In this document: in pieces, positions 17,324 to 24,332 of the stretch | Layout: each line of letters starts with the position of its first letter | Numbering within the stretch: position 1 is the first letter of the stretch | IMG/VR virus record: IMGVR_UViG_3300032320_000688 | Span: 1 to 26,264 of that record | Length of the DNA stretch: 26,264 bases | DNA from: a virus | Taxonomy: Duplodnaviria > Caudoviricetes | Reading direction: 5' to 3' (one strand) | Position numbers and translations under genes: made by a program | Notes under the pieces: model-generated | Databases searched by the model: none | The model's input: only the letters and a program-made list of their open reading frames with translations | Told to the model about the DNA's origin: nothing

Positions 17324-17746
17324 ATGGAACAATTAAATGGATTTTTAGATTTGAATAAACTTTTTGCAACATTCACAACACCAGAAGCTCTGGATGAAAC
17401 TGTGACTACAATTAACCGCAAATATTCAATATTATTTGGTAAAATATTCGTATTAGAATCACCACAAAGTGAAGAACTAATATGTACATATAATATTGAT
17501 ACAGGTAATATGTCTTCAACACCAATGAAGGATACGATATTATTACATCGTAAAAAAGAAAGTAATACATTATATACAATCAACGCATTAAATACATTAA
17601 TACGTTCGTTGAATGGTGGTGTATTGGATACAAAATTCATTATCACTTGGTTAGATTATAAAAATAGTATATTACTAACGAATGGCCCTGAATTGCGCAA
17701 GCTGGATACAGCAATCTTCAAAATCGTAGACTTTAATAGAAATTAA
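17324..17746 (+). CDS. Hypothetical protein following polymerase (start may be TTG at 17351)
   Basis: 140-aa ORF with LHRKKESNTLYTINALN block. The promoter-like motif abuts the ATG at 17324, so the in-frame TTG at 17351 is an alternative start. Confidence 0.85.
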   Translation: MEQLNGFLDLNKLFATFTTPEALDETVTTINRKYSILFGKIFVLESPQSEELICTYNIDTGNMSSTPMKDTILLHRKKESNTLYTINALNTLIRSLNGGVLDTKFIITWLDYKNSILLTNGPELRKLDTAIFKIVDFNRN

Positions 17747-17757
17747 TATTTATATAC

Positions 17758-17961
17758 ATGAAAACACAAATTAACGAAGTAAAAAGAATGCAGCAATTAG
17801 CTGGATTGATTAATGAAAGTATTATAGATTTATCTGATGAATCTAATATTTTAAACCAAATACATACTACTATTAGTGAAGAAGGAATGGAAAATGAAAA
17901 AGCCAAACAATTTCTTCAAGAAATAATTAACTTTTGTCAAGAAGAAATTAAAAAATATTAA
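17758..17961 (+). CDS. Small protein with KRMQQLAG leader
   Basis: 67 aa, MKTQINEVKRMQQLAGLINE...; AATATTTATA at 17745-17754 just upstream. Confidence 0.8.
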   Translation: MKTQINEVKRMQQLAGLINESIIDLSDESNILNQIHTTISEEGMENEKAKQFLQEIINFCQEEIKKY

Positions 17962-17965
17962 TAAA

Positions 17966-17985
17966 GAGCTTTCGTAAGAAGGCTT
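17966..17985 (+). terminator. Short GNRA-capped hairpin, possible weak terminator or processing site
   Basis: GAGCTTTC-GTAA-GAAGGCTT right after the stop at 17961; no clear U tract. Confidence 0.35.
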
Positions 17986-17994
17986 AAATAGATA

Positions 17995-18067
17995 TATATT
18001 TATACCAGCATAAACAAAGACTATAAAAAGTGAGCTTGGTCTCCAAAGTAAAAAGTCGTATATTCAA
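17995..18067 (+). promoter_or_regulatory. Tandem promoters upstream of SSB
   Basis: TATATTTATA at 17995-18004, and TTGG (18036-18039)-N19-TATATTCAA (18059-18067). Confidence 0.65.
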
Positions 18068-18102
18068 TTTAATCATAGATTAACAATTTAAAACAAACAA
18101 AC

Positions 18103-18951
18103 ATGGACTTATCAGTCATCAAACAGAAGTTGGCCGCTTCTCAAAACAAAGGTCAGAAAAGAGAAAAGGTTGACTACAGTAAAATTTTCTGGAAACCTAA
18201 AGTAGGTAAACATCAAATCAGAATCCTTCCCTCTAAGTTCGACAAAACAAACCCATTCCGCGAAGTGTATTTACACTATGGTTTTTCTAAGGGCCCAATC
18301 TTAGCATTAACCAACTGGGGTGAAAAAGATCCCATTGCAGATTTCGCAAAAAGTCTTAAAAAATCAGCTGACAAAGAAGATTGGCAATTAGCTAAAAAAA
18401 TTGAACCAAAACTTCGTTACTTCGCACCTGTAATTGTACGTGGTGAAGAAGAACAAGGTGCCCGTCTATGGGAATTCGGTAAATTAATTTACGAGCAATT
18501 GTTAGGTATTGCAGCAGACGAAGATTATGGTGACTTCACAGACATTACTGATGGTCGTGACTTTACAGTTGAAGCTGTTGAAGATGTATTTGCAGGTAAA
18601 AAAGGTATTAAATGTAATTTACGTGTTAAACCAAAAACATCTGCTATCTCAGACAATGCAGAAATAGTTGGTAAAGCATTAAGTGAACAACCTGATATCT
18701 TAGGTATCAATAAACATTATTCGTTTGATGAATTGAAAGATTTATTAGACAAGTGGTTAAACCCAGATAGCGAAGAAGATACTGATACTCCAATTGCTAC
18801 AGCTAGCGTAGAAGACACTGAAGAAGAATCAAAAGACGATTTTTTAGAAGAAATGAATAAGCCAGTTCCCGTAGTTGAACAAACATATAAAGTAGATAAA
18901 AAAGCTGCTAAAGCTAAACCGTCAGATCGTTTTGACGATCTATTCAGTTAA
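18103..18951 (+). CDS. Single-stranded DNA-binding protein (T4 gp32-like)
   Basis: FWKP..GK..IRILP, HY, D.TD...GRDF.V core; acidic tail ending FDDLFS; precedes the recombinase. Confidence 0.88.
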   Translation: MDLSVIKQKLAASQNKGQKREKVDYSKIFWKPKVGKHQIRILPSKFDKTNPFREVYLHYGFSKGPILALTNWGEKDPIADFAKSLKKSADKEDWQLAKKIEPKLRYFAPVIVRGEEEQGARLWEFGKLIYEQLLGIAADEDYGDFTDITDGRDFTVEAVEDVFAGKKGIKCNLRVKPKTSAISDNAEIVGKALSEQPDILGINKHYSFDELKDLLDKWLNPDSEEDTDTPIATASVEDTEEESKDDFLEEMNKPVPVVEQTYKVDKKAAKAKPSDRFDDLFS

Positions 18952-18958
18952 TTAACAT

Positions 18959-18986
18959 AGCTCCCCATTCTGGGGAGCTTATTTTT
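18959..18986 (+). terminator. Intrinsic terminator after SSB
   Basis: AGCTCCCCA-TTC-TGGGGAGCT followed by TATTTTT. Confidence 0.85.
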
Positions 18987-19006
18987 ACAAATTAAATTAA
19001 AACGTT

Positions 19007-20119
19007 ATGGCTAATAAAGCAAAGATAGATAAGACACTATCTCAGGTGGTGTCGTCTTCATTAAAACAAGGATTTGATATTGAGAGCTTCAAGAAATCAA
19101 AATACCTGGACAAAGCGTCCAAATTTAAAAAGCAAAAATGGATTCCATTTTCAGATGCAATGAAAGATGCATTATCAATTCCAGGTGTTCCTATGGGACA
19201 TATATTCATAGCTAGAGGTGGTTCGGATACAGGTAAAACAACCCTATTGATTGAAGCGGCTACCACTGCTCAAAAAATGGGAGTACTACCTATCTTTATT
19301 ATCACAGAGATGAAATGGGATTTCGTTCATGCTGCTAAAATGGGGTTTGAATTAGAAGAAGTACCAGATGAAGAAACAGGAGAAGTAATGGATTATAAAG
19401 GTTTCTTCTTATATGTTGATAGATCATCTCTAAAAAGTATTGAAGATGTATCAGCATTTATAGCGGATATTCTAAACGAACAAGCTAAAGGCAAGCTACC
19501 TTATGATTTATTATTCTTATGGGATTCATCAGGTTCTATTCCATGTAAAATGAGTATAGACCAAGGTAATAATAATCCAATGTGGAATGCAGGTGCAATG
19601 GCAACTCAATTTGGTAACTTTATTAATCAACAGTTTCCCCTGTCACGTAAAGAAAGTTATCCATATACTAATACATTATTCGTTATTAATAAAACGGGTG
19701 TACAACCAGCATTAACACCAATGTCACAACCAAGAATGACAAATAAAGGTGGTAATGCAATGTATTGGGATGCAACAATTGTAGCTACATTTGGTAACGT
19801 TACTAATAGTGGTACATCTAAAATTAGTGTACAACATAAGGGTAAAAAGGTTGAATTTGCTAAACGTACTAAAATTGGTATTGATAAAATACATGCTGAC
19901 TTTGGTATCGCAACAACATCAACAGTCATAGTAACACCACATGGTTTCATGCCTGATACACCAGAAGCTATTAAGGAGTATAAAAAACTTCATGCTCATG
20001 AGTGGTTTAACGAGGATGTTTCTAATATAGATGATTTACAAGTTATTGAAGACAACAGTGAATGGGAAGAAAGCAGTAAAATATCACCTATAGTAGAAAT
20101 TGACAACAATGAAGAATAA
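19007..20119 (+). CDS. recA: RecA/UvsX-like recombinase
   Basis: Walker A GGSDTGKTT, FIITE, Walker B LFLWDS, and KGGNAMYWDA (RecA GGxALxFYA-like). Confidence 0.88.
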   Translation: MANKAKIDKTLSQVVSSSLKQGFDIESFKKSKYLDKASKFKKQKWIPFSDAMKDALSIPGVPMGHIFIARGGSDTGKTTLLIEAATTAQKMGVLPIFIITEMKWDFVHAAKMGFELEEVPDEETGEVMDYKGFFLYVDRSSLKSIEDVSAFIADILNEQAKGKLPYDLLFLWDSSGSIPCKMSIDQGNNNPMWNAGAMATQFGNFINQQFPLSRKESYPYTNTLFVINKTGVQPALTPMSQPRMTNKGGNAMYWDATIVATFGNVTNSGTSKISVQHKGKKVEFAKRTKIGIDKIHADFGIATTSTVIVTPHGFMPDTPEAIKEYKKLHAHEWFNEDVSNIDDLQVIEDNSEWEESSKISPIVEIDNNEE

Positions 20120-21134
20120 ATATGCCGACTTATTATCAAAAGTAACAAATGATCAACGCGGAGTCACAGACTCCGTTTTGATTATTGATGGAATGAATAC
20201 CTTTTTAAGGGCATTTACAATGATTAATCATATTAATCAGTACGGAGCTCATATTGGTGGATTGACGGGTTTTTTAAAATCCGTTGGTTACGCTATAAAG
20301 CTAATTGATCCAACAAAGGTAGTAATTGTATTTGATGGAGTAGGTGGTTCTAATAGTAAAAGAAATCTATATCCTGAATATAAAGCAAACAGAAATGCTA
20401 ACCGCATGACTAACTATGCTATATTCACTAGCAAAGACGACGAACGCGAAGCGATTAATAATCAGATGGCAAGGCTCATTCAGTATCTTCAATGTCTACC
20501 AATGTCAATCGTTTGTATTGATGGTATTGAAGCAGATGACGCTATGGGTTATTTAGTGGGTAAATTAGAAGAATATGATGCTACAAAAGAAGTGACTATA
20601 ATGTCTGCTGATGGTGATTTTCTACAATTAGTAAGTGATAAAACACAAGTATATTCACCTATTAAAAAGAAAATATATAAACCAGCAGATGTATTAGAAG
20701 AATACAATGTTAGTAGTTATAACTTTATTAATTACAAAATATTAATGGGAGATAAATCAGATAATCTACCTGGTGTTGAAGGTTTAGGACCTAAAAAGTT
20801 ACTTAAATTCTTCCCAGAATTATCAAGCAATACTCCACTAACATTAACAGAAATACTAGCTAAATCAACCGAAAAATCAGCTGAACATGATTTATATGCT
20901 CGTATTGTTGAAAGAAAACACCAACTAGATATTAACTCTCAGTTGATGAATCTACAAACAATACCGCTTTCGCCAGAGAATATATCTCAAATTCAATCCG
21001 ACTTTAAATCGCCTTATACGTTTAATTCTCATGCCTTTATGAGCATGTATGTTGTCGATCACTTGGGGGAATCAATACCTAATACAAACAATTGGCTAAA
21101 TCAAGTATTTGGTCCTTTAAATTCATTTAGTTAA
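20109..21134 (+). CDS. 5'-3' exonuclease / flap endonuclease (T4 RNase H, Pol I N-terminal-like)
   Basis: IIDG, VFDG, YPEYKANR, EADD, SADGDFLQL and GDKSDNLPGVEGLGPK. ATG at 20109 preferred over the track's TTG at 20100. Confidence 0.95.
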   Translation: MKNKYADLLSKVTNDQRGVTDSVLIIDGMNTFLRAFTMINHINQYGAHIGGLTGFLKSVGYAIKLIDPTKVVIVFDGVGGSNSKRNLYPEYKANRNANRMTNYAIFTSKDDEREAINNQMARLIQYLQCLPMSIVCIDGIEADDAMGYLVGKLEEYDATKEVTIMSADGDFLQLVSDKTQVYSPIKKKIYKPADVLEEYNVSSYNFINYKILMGDKSDNLPGVEGLGPKKLLKFFPELSSNTPLTLTEILAKSTEKSAEHDLYARIVERKHQLDINSQLMNLQTIPLSPENISQIQSDFKSPYTFNSHAFMSMYVVDHLGESIPNTNNWLNQVFGPLNSFS

Positions 21135-21148
21135 AACAAACAGGTTAC

Positions 21149-22534
21149 ATGGCAACATTGAGTAAATTAAATCAATATGGTAATGCATTTCAGATTAAAG
21201 TATTAGGAGCATTATTAACACAACGCGACTTCTTACTAAACATAGCAGATTCACTTGATAGTGAATATTTTGAATCACAATCACATAAATGGATTATTGA
21301 ATATATTATAAAATACTATAATCAGTACCATACATACCCAACAATTGAAACATTATCGATTGAAATCAAAAAGATTGATAATGAGATATTACGAATATCG
21401 CTAACAGAGGCATTACGTGAAGCCTATAAAATGGTTGACGTATCAGATTTAGAATGGGTTGAAAGAGAATTTAGTGACTTCTGTAAAAACCAACAGATGA
21501 AAAAAGCTATCATGACTTCTGTTGACCTATTAAATATGGGTGACTATGATGGTATTAGATCGTTAATTAACGATGCAATGAAAGCGGGAGAAGATAAAAA
21601 CATAGGTCATATGTACGACGCTGATGTTGAGACCCGTTATAGAGGTGATGATAGACGCGCTATTCCGTTTCCTTGGCAAGTATTTAATGATTTAACACAA
21701 GGTGGTTACGGTAAAGGTGATTTAGTATTATTATTTGGTAATCCAGGTGGTGGTAAATCGTGGGGAGCTATAGCGATGGGAGCATATGCTGCAGCATTAG
21801 GATTTAATGTAGTACACTATACATTAGAATTAGCAGAAGGTTACGTAGGTAAACGTTATGATGCTGTATTTTCGGGTATTGATGTAGATAAATTAGATAA
21901 ACATCGTGATGTAGTACAAGAAGCAATAGATAAGGTAAAAGGTAAAATTGTAATTAAAGAATACGCTCCTAAACGTGCATCATTAGATACTATTGAAGCA
22001 CATTTACAACAACTAGAACATCAAAATGAATTTATTCCTGATTTAATCATTATTGACTATTTAGATTTACTACGTACTAAAGGTAGAAAAGAACGTAAAG
22101 ATGAAATTGATGACGTTTATACAGACGCTAAGGGATTAGCTAAAGAACGTGGAATACCTATTATATCTCCATCACAAGCAAATAGAACAGGTGCTGAAGA
22201 AGGTATATTACAAGCTAAAAACGCTGCAGGTTCATATGATAAAATTATGATTGGAGATATTATTATCTCATTAGCACGTGGTAGAAAAGAAAAAGTAAAC
22301 GGTACTGGTAATTGGCATTTTATTAAGAATAGATATGGAGCAGATGGATTAACATTTGGTTCTAAGATTAACACAGCAAACGGATATATAGATATACATG
22401 ATCAACCTTTAGATGATGATGAATTTGAAGCCAAATCAAAAGGTTCTAATAGAAAGGTTAATGAATATTCCGATGTAGGGGTAGAAGATAGACAAGTTCT
22501 TCGAAGTAAATTTATGAAGCTTGGAGCGGAATAA
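21149..22534 (+). CDS. dnaB: Replicative DNA helicase (DnaB / T4 gp41-like)
   Basis: Walker A GNPGGGKS, YTLE, IIDYLDL, SQANR and KNRYG motifs. Confidence 0.95.
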   Translation: MATLSKLNQYGNAFQIKVLGALLTQRDFLLNIADSLDSEYFESQSHKWIIEYIIKYYNQYHTYPTIETLSIEIKKIDNEILRISLTEALREAYKMVDVSDLEWVEREFSDFCKNQQMKKAIMTSVDLLNMGDYDGIRSLINDAMKAGEDKNIGHMYDADVETRYRGDDRRAIPFPWQVFNDLTQGGYGKGDLVLLFGNPGGGKSWGAIAMGAYAAALGFNVVHYTLELAEGYVGKRYDAVFSGIDVDKLDKHRDVVQEAIDKVKGKIVIKEYAPKRASLDTIEAHLQQLEHQNEFIPDLIIIDYLDLLRTKGRKERKDEIDDVYTDAKGLAKERGIPIISPSQANRTGAEEGILQAKNAAGSYDKIMIGDIIISLARGRKEKVNGTGNWHFIKNRYGADGLTFGSKINTANGYIDIHDQPLDDDEFEAKSKGSNRKVNEYSDVGVEDRQVLRSKFMKLGAE

Positions 22535-22553
22535 ATTTTAACTTATATTTATA
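22521..22553 (+). promoter_or_regulatory. Bipartite promoter TTGG-N19-TATATTTATA
   Basis: TTGG 22521-22524 (inside the helicase 3' end) and TATATT 22544-22549. Confidence 0.65.
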
Positions 22554-22571
22554 ACTACAACAATAAAAATT

Positions 22572-22811
22572 ATGGAATTAAAACGTATGCAAGAATTAGC
22601 TGGGATTAAGCTAAATGAAAATATAGAAGCTATAAATAAACTAGCTAATAATTATAAATCATTAAAAAAAGCAATTGATAGTCCCAATTATCCTGATACT
22701 GCTCATACTAAAGCAGCTTTAATAAAGGTTGAAGATAAAATCAAACAGATGGCTAAAAAGGAAGAATTTAAACAAGAGTTTAAAAAATTAATTCCTGATT
22801 TTAAATTTTAA
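22572..22811 (+). CDS. Small protein with KRMQELAG leader
   Basis: 79 aa, MELKRMQELAGIKLNE...; leader shared with 17758..17961. Confidence 0.85.
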   Translation: MELKRMQELAGIKLNENIEAINKLANNYKSLKKAIDSPNYPDTAHTKAALIKVEDKIKQMAKKEEFKQEFKKLIPDFKF

Positions 22812-22814
22812 TTT

Positions 22815-22868
22815 TTGGTGTGCCCCTTGGATTTCCATATATTTATTGGAAACAACAACATGGCATAC
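22815..22868 (+). promoter_or_regulatory. Promoter plus start-codon-sequestering hairpin upstream of an endonuclease gene
   Basis: TTGG 22815-22818-N19-TATATT 22838. TTTCCA (22832-22837) pairs with TGGAAA (22847-22852); GTGTGCC (22818-22824) pairs with GGCATAC (22862-22868), overlapping the ATG at 22860. Confidence 0.7.
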
Positions 22869-23510
22869 ATCTATAGACACATTCGTTTAGATAAGAATAA
22901 ACCGTTTTACATAGGGATTGGATCTGACAGTAATTATGAAAGATCTAATTCACATAAGCATAGAAACAGACATTGGAGGAATATAGTAGCTCAAACTCCA
23001 TACGAAGTTGAAATATTATTAGATAATTTAACTTGGGATGAAGCGTGTAGTAAGGAAATTGAATTCATTAAATTATATGGTAGAGCAGATTTAAATAAAG
23101 GTTCATTAGTGAATATGACAGATGGAGGTGAAGGTAATAATAATCCATCAGAAGCAACTAGAATGTCGATAAGTAAAAAAATAAAAGCTAATAAGGAACG
23201 AGGTAAAAAAATATCTGCCTCTAATAAAGGTAGATCTAGTTCCAATAAAGGTAAATTATTTACTGAAGAACATAAAGCTAAAATAAGAGCTAAACGAGGA
23301 CATTTATTAGGAAGAAAGAATACATGGTATATAAAACCGGTATTACAGTATGATAAACAAGGTAATTTTATTAAAGAATGGGAATCACAAGCTATAGCTC
23401 AATCCTACTTTAATAAACCTAAAAGCGATGGTATAGGAGCTGTTTGTAGAGGTGAACAAAAAACAGCTTATGGATTTATTTGGAAATTTAAACAATCAAT
23501 TATATGTTAG
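22860..23510 (+). CDS. Putative homing endonuclease, GIY-YIG-like with NUMOD3/NUMOD1-type DNA-binding modules
   Basis: YIYRH..FYIGIG, conserved R, E and N.TDGGEG; FTEEHKAKI repeat; C-terminal KPVLQYD.QG.FIKEW..KTAYGFIWKF. ATG 22860 preferred over TTG 22815, which is the promoter -33 element. Confidence 0.85.
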   Translation: MAYIYRHIRLDKNKPFYIGIGSDSNYERSNSHKHRNRHWRNIVAQTPYEVEILLDNLTWDEACSKEIEFIKLYGRADLNKGSLVNMTDGGEGNNNPSEATRMSISKKIKANKERGKKISASNKGRSSSNKGKLFTEEHKAKIRAKRGHLLGRKNTWYIKPVLQYDKQGNFIKEWESQAIAQSYFNKPKSDGIGAVCRGEQKTAYGFIWKFKQSIIC

Positions 23511-23764
23511 TAGTAAAAAAGTATTTTGCAACCTGGTGTCAACCTTGCAAACAATTAAATCCTATATTCTCTGAATTACAAAGCGAAATACCAGGAGTGT
23601 CATTTCAAACTATTGATGTTGATAATAATAGAGATTTAGCATTAGAAAATAACATATCTTCAGTACCAACCGTTATATTTGAAAAAGATGGACAACAAGT
23701 TTATCGCTTTTCAGGAGTACTACCAAAATCTGCTATAGCAGGACATATTAGAAAATATTTATAA
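23504..23764 (+). CDS. Thioredoxin
   Basis: FATWCQPCK active site, IDVD, and SVPT cis-Pro motif. Confidence 0.95.
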   Translation: MLVVKKYFATWCQPCKQLNPIFSELQSEIPGVSFQTIDVDNNRDLALENNISSVPTVIFEKDGQQVYRFSGVLPKSAIAGHIRKYL

Positions 23765-23774
23765 GTACTTTAAA

Positions 23775-24326
23775 ATGAAATTTAAACGATTTGATTTGAA
23801 TCGATGGATAGAATTATCCTTCATAAATGATTGCAAAATATTGCAAGAAGTAAAATCATTAGATGAATATTATAATAAAGCAAATACAGGACTATATGAA
23901 TTTCTTAATCCTGAACTAGCATACCAATACGAAGTATACGACGCATCAGATGAACAAAAAATGTGGAAAGTAGAAAAGCAAGATAATGATCCAATAATGG
24001 TAGTAACTTTGAAAAAAATGGGTTTAGGGGATAAATATTGGGTATTAGATTTTTATTTTCCTGAAACTGAAAAAGGATATGCTAAAACTAAAGGAACAAT
24101 AAAAGGAGAACATTATTTAGATACAGTATCCAAAATAGTTAAAGATGAAGTGTTACCTTACTTTGAACAATCTGAATTAGACATATTATTCTTTAAAGCA
24201 TATACTAATGATGGAGCAGGGCAAATGAGAAAAAGCTTATTTCAACGTTTGGTAGATAAGTTTATTTCTAAAGATAAATTTAACATTAAAATAAATAATT
24301 TAACATTTATAATAACTAAAAAATAA
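23775..24326 (+). CDS. Hypothetical protein (weakly similar to 4800..5459)
   Basis: 183-aa ORF between thioredoxin and RNR; no recognised domain. Confidence 0.8.
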   Translation: MKFKRFDLNRWIELSFINDCKILQEVKSLDEYYNKANTGLYEFLNPELAYQYEVYDASDEQKMWKVEKQDNDPIMVVTLKKMGLGDKYWVLDFYFPETEKGYAKTKGTIKGEHYLDTVSKIVKDEVLPYFEQSELDILFFKAYTNDGAGQMRKSLFQRLVDKFISKDKFNIKINNLTFIITKK

Positions 24327-24332
24327 TAAAAA

